DNA from: Chlamydiae bacterium RIFCSPHIGHO2_12_FULL_49_11
GTDB lineage: Bacteria > Chlamydiota > Chlamydiia > Chlamydiales > 2-12-FULL-49-11
Reading direction: 5' to 3'
DNA: 36,953 nt
Assembly: GCA_001794905.1 (NCBI GenBank)
Contig: MGLW01000008.1
Coordinates: 1-36,953 of the forward strand
Shown: positions 1 to 9,104 of the stretch, piece after piece
Layout: each line of letters begins with the position of its first letter
Position numbering within the stretch: position 1 is the first letter of the stretch
Notes under the pieces: model-generated
What the model saw: the letters and a program-made list of their open reading frames with translations, nothing else
What the model was told of the DNA's origin: nothing
The model's database searches: none
Translations under genes and position numbers: made by a program

Positions 1-351
1 TGCGTCTTCTAAAAGGTCCAATTGTTCATCCAAGCCGGCCGGGGAATCCTCACGATTTTCTTTGGAAGGGCTTTCGCGCTCAAACTCGCCAATATCAGTA
101 TGCCGGTAACATTTTTCGATCGCAGTATCGATTTCTTCTTTGGAAAAAAGAAGCTCGATGATCGGTTTTTGCAGAAAAAACCGAATCTCCTCGAGCGCTT
201 CCAAATCATGAAAAATTGTCGTCGCCAGGACGAACCCGTCCTCGGTCTCTTCCAGGGGGAGCATCAGGTATTTTTTAGCAAATGCGTAAGGGAGCGGCTT
301 TTTTTTTTCGACAACAAGGGGAAAGTCAAGAATGTTATTTTTTTTAAACAT
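1..351 (-). CDS. gspE: Type II secretion ATPase GspE, N-terminal part only (gene runs off the window start)
   Basis: Absent from the ORF track because it is truncated by the window edge. The reverse-strand ATG at 351..349 overlaps the gspD stop by 8 nt and stays in frame to nt 1. It translates as MFKKNNILDFPLVVEKKKPLPYAFAKKYLMLPLEETEDGFVLATTIFHDLEALEEIRFFLQKPIIELLFSKEEIDTAIEKCYRH..., which resembles the GspE/PulE N-terminal (T2SSE_N) domain. Its position directly after a secretin gene fits gspD-gspE order. Confidence 0.7.
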   Translation of the reverse strand, partial: MFKKNNILDFPLVVEKKKPLPYAFAKKYLMLPLEETEDGFVLATTIFHDLEALEEIRFFLQKPIIELLFSKEEIDTAIEKCYRHTDIGEFERESPSKENREDSPAGLDEQLDLLEDA

Positions 352-2734
352 TGATAAGCGTCTCATCTACCTTGCGGCCGAAAAAGAGGTCGAAGCTGCG
401 TTTAAACCTTTTGATCTTCTGCCTCTCACGTGACTCTTTGATTTGTTCGATCAATTCCACCATATCGCCGGTGCGCTGCCTCATCCTTTCCTCGCGCAAG
501 ATACGCAAATCGTCTTTGGGATTGCGGATCACACGAGGGCAGATAAAGATGAACATTTCTGTATCTTTTGAAGTGAGCACATCGGTTCCGAAAAATTTAC
601 CGATTCCGGGCAGTTCTCCCAAGAACGGGATTTGTTCTTTGGTGGTGTCTTCCAGCTTGGTTTTTAAGCCGCCGAGAACAATCGTCTCGCCGTCGAGTAC
701 GCGGACATTGTTTTTGACGTTCCTCTTTCGTACGTTGGGCCTGTCGTTTTTATCGTTCTTGAACGTGTCGAACGAAATATCGTTTTCCAGCGTCACGTAG
801 ATATCGCCGTCGTCGAGCATCGGTTCATGAATGGTGGGGGTGATGTTGATCCGGATACCGAAGGTTTGCCGGTCGTACGACTCTTTGAAAATGATGCCGG
901 CATTCGAATTGACCGGAGCGCTTCCGTTGTTGATCGAAATTTCTTCCGCGATCGAAATGGAAGTCGGAACCTGGTTGACCGTCGTAACCGACGGCGACGC
1001 GGTGATTTTCGCTTCTTCTTCGAGGAGGAGGAAATTATACACGATATTAAAGGCCGGAAAGACGTGTGATGCGGTTCTGGTGAAGAAAAATTCGAACAGC
1101 CCCTTTGACAGCGCTGTGGAAGAGGCGTCGTATTTTATGCCGCCCGTTTCGGCCGTTGTGGCATCGGTACCGAGTTTGAGCAGGTTGAGTCCGCTCCGCG
1201 TCGAATCGGTAATCGTGCGTTCGATCAAGATCACTTCGATATCGACCATTTTCTTCGGTACGTCGAGGGTTTTGATGATTTCTTTCACTTTTCCGAGCGA
1301 GTCTTTCCGCACGATCATGAGGATTGTACCGGTGGTCGGATAAGGGATGAAATGTTGCGGTTTCTGGGGCCCCAATTTCGTTTCGATGAACTGGTTGGTG
1401 TTACGGGAAAAGGGGTCGTAGAGGGTGCCGCCGGGAAGGGCCGGCCTGCCGGGACCAAGGGGAGGAGTGTCCTGATACGGAAGCATCTCCTGGGGAGGGC
1501 CGCCCGGGGAGTAGTCATAACTCGCATCGACCGTAGTTTCCTGCAAACTCGACTGTTTCGCGAGTTCAAGCCCTTCCACGGTGGAGGAAACGATGGAAGA
1601 ATAGACTTTTTCCAGAACTTCCGCAAGATCCGCGGGTGCACTATGGGCGCATGTATACCACGTCACCGTCACTTCGGACGGATCGTTAATTTGCGCTTGC
1701 GTTTGCAAAATGATGTCTTCGGCTTTATCGACCACATCGCGTGGACCCACAAGAACGATGTTTGAATCTGCCTTGATGGGGATTGCGGTCAGCTCGTTTC
1801 CGCTCCGGATCATGGACGACGACTTGCCATCACTCACGGTGCCGAAGTAACCGCGAAGAATCTTGATCATCTCCTCCGGATTGACTTTCTGGGAAGCGAC
1901 CACCTTTGTCGTTTTTTGCTGCTCCTCGCTCCACACGTTATCGGCAAGGCCTACCAATTTTTTCACGTCGTTTTGAAAACCGACGATGGCGATTTTAGGG
2001 CCTACCTGGTATACAAAAGTGGTTTTCGGGTCGCGAAAACGTTCCAAAAAGTAAAAAGTCGTTTTCAAATTGTCGCCGGGAACGGTCAAGAGGTGGATCA
2101 CCCTCGCAGCCTGGTCCACAATGTCAAGCTGCACTTTTTTCGTAGTGATGCACGAAATGGACGTAAAATCCTGTTTGAGCATGTAGAGCTGACGGGCAAA
2201 GGAGTTGACCTCTTTCACCCCGATTCCGTTTTGACCCAGGACAACTTCGAGAAGGGGCCCCCAAGAGCTGCGCGGAATGAGGAGAGAGCTTTCTATTTCA
2301 AGACGCATCCCCCCGATATCAGGCGGGATGACATACAAATAATCTTGGCTGCCATATTGCATCACAAGCTCGGCAAGCGAGATGCTCGCCTGCTGCCACA
2401 TGCCGGCGGGATCACTCTCGGACCGCATTTCCTGTGTTTGCCTGTTTCGAAATTTTTCGGAAATGGTGCCGATCGCGTTTTTGAGCACGTTGACTTCTTT
2501 CAAAAGGGTTTCATATTCCTTTTCAGAAGCTTCTTTCTCGATCAAATGCTGGAGTAAGGTATATTTTTGTTTTAGCTCAAGTGAAAGTTCATCCAAATTT
2601 TGATTGACAAGCTGAGGACTCACCGGCTCGGAAATTTCGGACGAGCCCCCTTTCCGAAGCCGTTCCATCGCCTCTTCAATCGTCCCTGCAGAAAGGGATA
2701 CCGCAAGCAGAAAAAAAAGACACCTCAAATCCAT
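344..2734 (-). CDS. gspD: Secretin, type II secretion outer-membrane channel GspD
   Basis: 796-aa ORF with signal peptide MDLRCLFFLLAVSLSAG. The C-terminal secretin signature is present (VRVLDGETIVLGGL ... IPFLGELPGIGKFFG ... EMFIFICPRVI). It is assigned to T2SS rather than T3SS because gspE follows with an overlapping start. It carries a charged coiled-coil-like N-terminal extension and a Pro/Gly-rich insert (YSPGGPPQEMLPYQDTPPLGPGRPALPGG). Confidence 0.85.
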   Translation of the reverse strand: MDLRCLFFLLAVSLSAGTIEEAMERLRKGGSSEISEPVSPQLVNQNLDELSLELKQKYTLLQHLIEKEASEKEYETLLKEVNVLKNAIGTISEKFRNRQTQEMRSESDPAGMWQQASISLAELVMQYGSQDYLYVIPPDIGGMRLEIESSLLIPRSSWGPLLEVVLGQNGIGVKEVNSFARQLYMLKQDFTSISCITTKKVQLDIVDQAARVIHLLTVPGDNLKTTFYFLERFRDPKTTFVYQVGPKIAIVGFQNDVKKLVGLADNVWSEEQQKTTKVVASQKVNPEEMIKILRGYFGTVSDGKSSSMIRSGNELTAIPIKADSNIVLVGPRDVVDKAEDIILQTQAQINDPSEVTVTWYTCAHSAPADLAEVLEKVYSSIVSSTVEGLELAKQSSLQETTVDASYDYSPGGPPQEMLPYQDTPPLGPGRPALPGGTLYDPFSRNTNQFIETKLGPQKPQHFIPYPTTGTILMIVRKDSLGKVKEIIKTLDVPKKMVDIEVILIERTITDSTRSGLNLLKLGTDATTAETGGIKYDASSTALSKGLFEFFFTRTASHVFPAFNIVYNFLLLEEEAKITASPSVTTVNQVPTSISIAEEISINNGSAPVNSNAGIIFKESYDRQTFGIRINITPTIHEPMLDDGDIYVTLENDISFDTFKNDKNDRPNVRKRNVKNNVRVLDGETIVLGGLKTKLEDTTKEQIPFLGELPGIGKFFGTDVLTSKDTEMFIFICPRVIRNPKDDLRILREERMRQRTGDMVELIEQIKESRERQKIKRFKRSFDLFFGRKVDETLINV

Positions 2735-2792
2735 GATGGAACCATCATAATACAGAGCGAGACTTTTTGGCTTTACTTTTCCGTGGGTAGGT

Positions 2793-3944
2793 TCACATGT
2801 TCAACGATCCGTGATGAGCACAAACACGGTTGGCATCGAAATAGGAATACCGGATTTCTTTGCGGTCTCCGGCAATCTTATCAATAATAATTACCGGTTC
2901 GGACGGTACGGAAAAGAGCAGCTGCTCGATTTCCTCCGGGCGGGAAACAAGCTTCCAATGCCCGCGATGACATGTGATCCAGTCCCCCGTCCGAATCAAG
3001 ATTTTTTTATCCGAGAGCGTGGCAAAAAATGACCGGTTGCTCCGCATGTAGGGACCTATCAGTATCCCGCTCGGATCGACCGGTTCGGTCCTGTTTTGGT
3101 TTAAGGGAAGGATGATTTGTTTGACGAAAATCCCCTTTTCATCGACGAGCCGAAAACGAGCTTCTACATCCCCGATCTTCTCGCATTGTAAAAAAATCAC
3201 GGCATCTCCTTCCCGGGCCGGTTTCAGCTGTGCATCATAACCTTTGGTTTCCCCTTCTCCTAAAAAAACTATTCTATCGCTCATAAGACGGACCTTATTG
3301 CGTAGTTCTCCGAATTTCTCACCCGCGTAAAGGTCGATGAGTTTGTCAGAAGGGTACAGACAGGCACGGGAAAAAAGGGTAAAGGCCCTCTTATAGACGG
3401 GCAAAGCAAAGTCAAAAATGTGCCTGGTGACATGTTTTGAAAGCACTTCTTCATATTCTCCGCCCACGGAAATTCGAAAATCGGCCGAAAAAGGGGTCTT
3501 TTTCGAAGGGATAATGCGGATCAGCTCAGGTTTTTCGCTGATGCTGTAAAGACCGTCCTGAAATCGCAAGTAAAACGGCTTTCCGTCGGGCACGGAAAAT
3601 ACCTCGTTTCCGAGGGCAAGGTGGTGAAAGGTTTCCCCTTCCCGTTCGAATACACTGAGAAAAATGAGGGATGATCTCAACTTTTCCGGAAGGGCAGTAT
3701 AAGGGAAAGGTATCGGGACCTCGGAGGGTTGGGAAGCATTTTTTTTCTTCAGCTCGCTCTTGTTTGATGAGAGAAGCGCATACATTCCCAGGGAGAGCAT
3801 AAAAAATCCGAAGGCCGACACAACTGCCGCGGTGCCGAAACTGGCCCAAATTCGTAATAAGAAAGAAAGAGCTCTATTCATAGTGCTACTAATATAGCGC
3901 GCGTGATGCAAAAAGTCGAGTTGCAAAAAAAATCTTGAAATCAT
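2793..3944 (-). CDS. Hypothetical N-terminally membrane-anchored protein upstream of gspD (GspC-position accessory protein?)
   Basis: 383-aa ORF, 58 nt upstream of and co-directional with gspD. One hydrophobic anchor is present (FGTAAVVSAFGFFMLSLGMYALL). A second ATG at 3881 (MNRALSFLL...) is an equally plausible start. No recognisable catalytic motif. The T2SS link is positional only. Confidence 0.55.
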   Translation of the reverse strand: MISRFFLQLDFLHHARYISSTMNRALSFLLRIWASFGTAAVVSAFGFFMLSLGMYALLSSNKSELKKKNASQPSEVPIPFPYTALPEKLRSSLIFLSVFEREGETFHHLALGNEVFSVPDGKPFYLRFQDGLYSISEKPELIRIIPSKKTPFSADFRISVGGEYEEVLSKHVTRHIFDFALPVYKRAFTLFSRACLYPSDKLIDLYAGEKFGELRNKVRLMSDRIVFLGEGETKGYDAQLKPAREGDAVIFLQCEKIGDVEARFRLVDEKGIFVKQIILPLNQNRTEPVDPSGILIGPYMRSNRSFFATLSDKKILIRTGDWITCHRGHWKLVSRPEEIEQLLFSVPSEPVIIIDKIAGDRKEIRYSYFDANRVCAHHGSLNM

Positions 3945-4036
3945 AAGGTTAAAGATGAAATAGAAGAAAATTGCAGTTATCGCATTACTTACTTATAGAT
4001 AATGAGATAACCAATATTACAATGTAGGATAACGAT

Positions 4037-4426
4037 ATGGAACCGGAAGAAAATAAACCCAAAAGCGGTTTTACAGTACAGGAATTGCAAGGAAAAGCAA
4101 AAAAATTTGGCCTTGAAATCGCCTTATGCGTGATATTTGTTCTCACGGCTATTTTTGCACTGGTCTGGTCCTCCGCTTACATGGTGTGGTCGATCCTTTT
4201 AGGGATGATTTTTGCGATCGTGGGCGCTCTTCTTCCCAAGTCGGTTCATAAGTTTACAACAAGCGCGCTGCGGTTTATCTACCGCGAAAAGGCTACCTCG
4301 ATCGTGTTTGCGGTCCTCGGCCTCGTGCTTGCCGTCGCCCTTCCGATGCTAATTTTCGGCATGGTCGGCCTCATTGCAGGCAAATCGTTCCTCATCGATT
4401 CGGAAGAACACCGACCTGAGAAATAA
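4037..4426 (+). CDS. Small polytopic membrane protein, unknown function
   Basis: 129-aa ORF with ATG preceded by AGGA. Several hydrophobic helices are visible (LEIALCVIFVLTAIFALVW, MVWSILLGMIFAIVGALL, IVFAVLGLVLAVALPMLIFGMVGLIAG). Confidence 0.6.
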   Translation: MEPEENKPKSGFTVQELQGKAKKFGLEIALCVIFVLTAIFALVWSSAYMVWSILLGMIFAIVGALLPKSVHKFTTSALRFIYREKATSIVFAVLGLVLAVALPMLIFGMVGLIAGKSFLIDSEEHRPEK

Positions 4427-4435
4427 AGAACAGTA

Positions 4436-5347
4436 TTAAGTGGATTTCCGAAAGTCGATCACGTCCAGGTCCTCTGCAGCGTGTACGTTTGGAAAAATGG
4501 GGTGAGCCTCTTTTCGAAAGTCGCCGGCATCAAGATAGCGGGCGGAAAAGTGGGTGAGAACCAGTTTTTTCGCTTCGGCTTGTTTTGCAATCAGTGCCGC
4601 TTCGGTTGCCGTCAGATGCCGATGATGGTAGGCAAGGTCTTTATGAACATCGAGATAGGTGCTTTCACACAAAAGCAATGTTGCCCCTTTTGCGGCACGC
4701 TCGGCACCCGGACAGGGACGGGTATCCATGATAATGGAAAAAATATCGCCTGTCCTGATATGGGAAACGTGATCGAGGGTGATCAGGGCCCCCTCATGCC
4801 GGATTTGCCCCTCAAGGAGAAGCTCTTTCATGAGCATCCCCCGGATGCCTAACCTTGCCAGCTTCTCCTTGTCAAATTTCCGTTCGTCTTTCTCCTTGAT
4901 CCTGTAAGCTAAACAGGTTGTCCCGTGGGAGAGGTAGTACGCTTCATACGTAAATTTGTCATCTTCATAAAAGACCCCTTCTCCCCGGATGGGGTGCTCG
5001 ATAATTTCGATGTTTTGATGGTAAATGGTGCCGTGACGGAGGCGATGGAAATATTCCTGACCAGCGGCGGGGAAAAAACAGTGTACGGGATGGGTAACTT
5101 TGTCAAGATTGAGACGCATCAGCATGGAACCGACACCAAGGCAATGGTCTCCGTGGAAATGGGACACAAACATCCGGGTCACCGTTGTCGGCGTCACATC
5201 GGCAAAAATGAACTGCCTTTGGGTCCCTTCACCCGGGTCAAATAAAAACCCCTCTTCATTCCAGCGGAGAAGATATCCGCCGTGATTGCGGCGGCGCGTA
5301 GGCTGCTGCGAAGAAGTTCCTAAAATAATGAGATCGCGAACCGTCAT
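4436..5347 (-). CDS. rnz: Ribonuclease Z (metallo-beta-lactamase fold tRNA 3' endonuclease)
   Basis: 303 aa. It has the HxHxDH motif (SHFHGDHCLG), the N-terminus LGTSSQQPTRRRNHGGYLL and the later LTHFSARY motif, all typical of RNase Z/ElaC. Confidence 0.88.
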   Translation of the reverse strand: MTVRDLIILGTSSQQPTRRRNHGGYLLRWNEEGFLFDPGEGTQRQFIFADVTPTTVTRMFVSHFHGDHCLGVGSMLMRLNLDKVTHPVHCFFPAAGQEYFHRLRHGTIYHQNIEIIEHPIRGEGVFYEDDKFTYEAYYLSHGTTCLAYRIKEKDERKFDKEKLARLGIRGMLMKELLLEGQIRHEGALITLDHVSHIRTGDIFSIIMDTRPCPGAERAAKGATLLLCESTYLDVHKDLAYHHRHLTATEAALIAKQAEAKKLVLTHFSARYLDAGDFRKEAHPIFPNVHAAEDLDVIDFRKST

Positions 5348-5350
5348 GTT

Positions 5351-6064
5351 TTACCTCTTGATCTTGGCCACCACAAGGCCGTATAGCGCCCCCGTCATAT
5401 GGGCCGTATTGGCAAAGGGGAAGCGAAGACCGGGCACATTATACAAACTGAGGACGAAAAGTGCACCCGAAATCAGAGTGAGGAGAAAAATAAAAAACCA
5501 TAAAAACCCGAGAGAGCGTCGGTTAATCAGATACGGCTCCCAGGGAGCCTTCTTTAGCCTCACCCAAATGTAGCCGAGCATGGCGCATAATACTCCAGAG
5601 TACCCCACGAAAAAAGGTCCGCTGACAAGGTACTGGCATGTGTTCGATAGCGCTGCCCCTCCGAGAGAAAATCCGATATAACCCATTTTCGACATATTGG
5701 GCTCCATAGCTCTTCCGAGGGCAAAAAGCCAAAGCATGTTGAAAAGGATGTGGAGGAAATTGGCATGGAGGAGGACAGGAGTAAAGAGGCGCCAAACTTC
5801 CCCGTGCACGATCTGGGTAAAGGAGGGTCGCACTAAAACGTCCGGCTCGCCGAGAAGTACCGGTTCGTATCCCATCCAAGCCGGCTTTTGCAAAGGAGTT
5901 TCGTACATCATGGCCTGTTCGAAAGGCGCCTGCACTTTAGAGTCGTAAGTGAAGGTATTAATGACGCTCCATAGATAGAAAAATGTGCAGAGCCCGATGA
6001 TCGCCCACGTCACGGGAAAAGAAGGAGTAAAAGCGGCATCATTCACACGAGCGAACTTTCTCAT
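5351..6064 (-). CDS. Rhomboid-family intramembrane serine protease
   Basis: Multi-pass membrane ORF with the rhomboid landmarks HANFLHILFNMLWL and the GxSG catalytic serine motif (GYSGVLCAMLGY). The ORF-track start at 6124 is a TTG. I use the first ATG at 6064 (MRKFARVN...), which shortens the overlap with the upstream gene. Confidence 0.8.
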   Translation of the reverse strand: MRKFARVNDAAFTPSFPVTWAIIGLCTFFYLWSVINTFTYDSKVQAPFEQAMMYETPLQKPAWMGYEPVLLGEPDVLVRPSFTQIVHGEVWRLFTPVLLHANFLHILFNMLWLFALGRAMEPNMSKMGYIGFSLGGAALSNTCQYLVSGPFFVGYSGVLCAMLGYIWVRLKKAPWEPYLINRRSLGFLWFFIFLLTLISGALFVLSLYNVPGLRFPFANTAHMTGALYGLVVAKIKR

Positions 6065-6557
6065 ACCGTTCCAAAATGCGCTCGATGGTTCGTGAAGAAG
6101 AAAAAGGGGGAACTTTCCGGACAAAATGCATATGTCCTCCTCCTTCTTCTACCGCTTCCTTCTCCACGGCTCGGTCCTTGTATTCGTCACCCACGACATG
6201 GACATCGGGCCGGATCGTGCGAATGAATCCGATCGGAGTAGCATCGTCAAAAGAGGTGACATAATCGACGGGGGCAAGGGAACCGATGAGATTTACCCTC
6301 TCTTCCATGGTGTGGATGGGTCTCAAGGCGTTTTTATAGGTCCGGATAGACACATCGGCGTTGAGTGCTACAATCAAAACGTCCCCGAGAGAAGCGGCTT
6401 CAAACAAAAGGTGCAGATGACCCGGGTGGAGAATGTCAAAACAACCGTTTACCGACACAATTGTTTTCCCCGATTTATGGATTTCTTTTGCCCAATCGGA
6501 AAGAGTTTCAAACGGCACCCATTTTTCTTTTACAAAAGGCAGTAGAAAATCACGCAA
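6039..6557 (-). CDS. Cytidylyltransferase-fold enzyme resembling RfaE/HldE domain II (D-beta-D-heptose 1-phosphate adenylyltransferase)
   Basis: Motifs match RfaE domain II: VNGCFDILHPGHLHLLFEAASLGDVLIVALNADVSIR...RPI...ER...VDYV...F...TP...PDVHVVGDEY. The track ORF starts at ATG 6659 but would overlap lon by 110 nt. A TTG at 6557 preceded by GGGGAAG gives a normal ~170-aa size. The start is uncertain. Confidence 0.75.
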   Translation of the reverse strand: MRDFLLPFVKEKWVPFETLSDWAKEIHKSGKTIVSVNGCFDILHPGHLHLLFEAASLGDVLIVALNADVSIRTYKNALRPIHTMEERVNLIGSLAPVDYVTSFDDATPIGFIRTIRPDVHVVGDEYKDRAVEKEAVEEGGGHMHFVRKVPPFSSSRTIERILERYEKVRSCE

Positions 6558-9018
6558 ATTTTTTCTTCCCCTTTCCAAAAATGAGCTCGAAAACTTCGAC
6601 GTAATCTTCCACAAAGTGGAGGGAGATCCCTTTTTTGATATGGGGCGCGAGTTCCTCATAATCTTTTATATTGCCGTGTGGAGCGATGATATGCGTGATA
6701 TCTTCCCGTTTTGCCGCCAAAATTTTTTCCTTGAGACCGCCGATCGGCAAAATCTTCCCTTTGAGGGTGATTTCTCCCGTCATTCCGACGTTCGGAGGAA
6801 CGGGCTCCTGGCGCATCAGAGAAATCATCGCAGTGGTAAGGGTAATACCAGCAGACGGACCGTCTTTCGGAGTGGCTCCCTCGGGAATGTGCACGTGAAT
6901 TTCCTTATTGCCAAAAGAAGCGCCCTCAGGCAAATATTCGTCTTTTTTTGAAAGCATGTAGGTGAAGGCGATTTGTGACGATTCTTTCATCACTTCTCCC
7001 GCATTGCCCGTGATTTTTAACATTTTTTCCTTCGATTCGGTCTGCACCGCTTCGATATAGAGGATCGATCCGCCGAACGCAGTCCATGCAAGTCCGAGCG
7101 CAATTCCCGGAATGTTTTCCTTGTAAAATCTTTCGGAATGGAAATCGGGCTTGCCCAAAAACTTGATGATGGCCTTCTGATCGATTTCGATTTTTTCCCA
7201 CTCTTGCTGCTTTTCCTGGTATTTGATTTTTTGTGCGGCAATCTTGCGAAATATCTTATTGGTGTTCTTTTCCAGTTGGCGCACGCCCGCTTCCCGACAG
7301 TACCCATTGATCAAAAATCGGATCGCCTTGACGTTGAAATTCACATCACCTCTTTTCAGCCCCGTATCTTTGAGGCTTTTGGGTATGAGGTATTTTTTCG
7401 CGATTTGCACTTTTTCTTCTTCGATATACCCTGAAAGGCGCAGCACTTCCATTCGGTCGCGCAGGGCGGGCGAAATGGTGTCGAGGGTATTTGCCGTAAC
7501 GATAAAGAGGGTGTTGGACAAATCGAACCGGAGGTCAAGATAGTGGTCGAGAAAGTCTTGGTTTTGTTCCGGATCAAGCACTTCGAGCAGAGCTGCTGCG
7601 GGATCTCCTTGGTAGCTTGCCCCCATTTTGTCAATTTCATCGATCATGATGATCGGGTTACAAGCCCCAACAAGCTTCAATGCCTGGATAATTTTGCCGG
7701 GCATCGCTCCGACATAGGTGCGCCTATGTCCGCGGATTTCGGACTCGTCACGCATTCCTCCGACCGAAAACCGGAAAAATTTCCGTCCGAGCGCGCGTGC
7801 AATGCTTTTTCCCACGCTTGTCTTCCCCACCCCGGGAGGCCCGACAAAACACAGGATATACCCCTTAGTTCCCGTCTTTTTGAGAAGGCCGACACTGATA
7901 AATTCCAGAATGCGCTCTTTGATGTCCTTGAGGCCGTAATGGTCTTGGTCGAGCACCTTTGCTGCTTTTGCCAGGTTGGTGTTTTCGTCGTCTTTTATAC
8001 CCCAGGGCAGGATCGTGAGCCAATCGAGATAATTGCGCACCACCGAATATTCAGCCGACTGCATGTCAAGCATCTGCAATTTATCTATCTCGTCTTTGAA
8101 TACCTTCTCCGCTTCGGGAGAAAGGTGGATTTTTTTGACCCGCTCGTTGAATTTTTCGGCATCGAGAGCCTTGTCGTCTTTTGCAATCCCCAATTCTTTC
8201 TGGATCGCCTTCATCTGCTCGCGAAGGAAATATTCCCGCTGCGTCTTGGAAATATTGGCTTCGAGTTTCTGGTTGATAGAGTTTTGCAACCGACTGATGT
8301 CGAGTTCCTTTTTGAGAAGGATGAGGGCCTTGTCCATCCTCTTTACAAGATCGAACGTCGACAAGATTTCCTGCAAGCTTTCCCGGGAAGCGGTGGTGAG
8401 GGCGACGGCAAAGTCACATAACTTGTACGGCTGTGCAAATTCGGAATGGCTGAGGAAAATCTGGAGTTCTTCCTTAAAAATCGGGTTAAGGGTAATGAGC
8501 TCCCGAATCGTTTTGATCAGGTTGCTCGAATAGGCGGTGATCAAATCTTTCTTACGCGGATTGACTTGTTCTTTGTGGTATTCCACTTCGGCAAAGAGAA
8601 CTTTGGCTTTCCGGTTCACTTGCTTTTGAATCTTAAAGCGTCTTTCCATGCTCAAGATAACTTGCGCTCCCGATTCCTGCACATTGAGGATACGCAAAAT
8701 CCTGGCTACCACTCCCACATCGTAAATGTCGTTGAAACCGACATCGTAAATATCCTGTTCTTCTTTCTTCGTCAGCACGATGCCTATGAACTTGCCTTCC
8801 ATTTTGGCAATTTCTTTCAACAGATCGTAATACGGACCCGGCTCGATCATAATCGGGGCCGTCATGAAGGGGCAGTAAGGACGGCGTGTTACGGGAATGA
8901 TGGGGAGCACATGGGGATATTCAGCCTCGCCAGCAGGTTCGCTCTTTTTATGTTCAACAAGATGCAATAGTTCCTGCATCTCGTCCGAATCGTCCATCAT
9001 TGCATCTTCCTCTTCCAT
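6550..9018 (-). CDS. lon: ATP-dependent Lon protease
   Basis: 822 aa with Walker A GPPGVGKTS and the catalytic Ser motif PKDGPSAGITL. The LON N-terminal substrate domain is present (LPIIPVTRRPYCPFMTAPI). A strong SD (GGGGAGGGAAG) precedes the ATG. Confidence 0.95.
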   Translation of the reverse strand: MEEEDAMMDDSDEMQELLHLVEHKKSEPAGEAEYPHVLPIIPVTRRPYCPFMTAPIMIEPGPYYDLLKEIAKMEGKFIGIVLTKKEEQDIYDVGFNDIYDVGVVARILRILNVQESGAQVILSMERRFKIQKQVNRKAKVLFAEVEYHKEQVNPRKKDLITAYSSNLIKTIRELITLNPIFKEELQIFLSHSEFAQPYKLCDFAVALTTASRESLQEILSTFDLVKRMDKALILLKKELDISRLQNSINQKLEANISKTQREYFLREQMKAIQKELGIAKDDKALDAEKFNERVKKIHLSPEAEKVFKDEIDKLQMLDMQSAEYSVVRNYLDWLTILPWGIKDDENTNLAKAAKVLDQDHYGLKDIKERILEFISVGLLKKTGTKGYILCFVGPPGVGKTSVGKSIARALGRKFFRFSVGGMRDESEIRGHRRTYVGAMPGKIIQALKLVGACNPIIMIDEIDKMGASYQGDPAAALLEVLDPEQNQDFLDHYLDLRFDLSNTLFIVTANTLDTISPALRDRMEVLRLSGYIEEEKVQIAKKYLIPKSLKDTGLKRGDVNFNVKAIRFLINGYCREAGVRQLEKNTNKIFRKIAAQKIKYQEKQQEWEKIEIDQKAIIKFLGKPDFHSERFYKENIPGIALGLAWTAFGGSILYIEAVQTESKEKMLKITGNAGEVMKESSQIAFTYMLSKKDEYLPEGASFGNKEIHVHIPEGATPKDGPSAGITLTTAMISLMRQEPVPPNVGMTGEITLKGKILPIGGLKEKILAAKREDITHIIAPHGNIKDYEELAPHIKKGISLHFVEDYVEVFELIFGKGKKKFA

Positions 9019-9104
9019 CTTCCCTCCCCAAACAAACTACTTGAACAAATATAACCGATCCCTCTTTTTCTTAATATCCATTTCCCATTATAATCTACAG
9101 GGAA

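Noticed and set aside
831-2557. Plus-strand ORFs of 170, 137 and 213 aa opposite gspD
   Set aside because: They are antisense shadows of the secretin gene with no motifs.
344-2734. Reading the secretin as the T3SS ring SctC because T3SS genes lie in the same window
   Set aside because: It is followed by an overlapping GspE-type ATPase gene and lies 8 kb from the sct genes with housekeeping genes between them. T2SS GspD is the better call.
7543-8421. 292-aa plus-strand ORF (and neighbours 8033-8533, 8446-8970, 6433-6951) opposite lon
   Set aside because: These lie entirely antisense to a high-confidence lon gene and have no recognisable motifs. They are shadow ORFs of a long gene.
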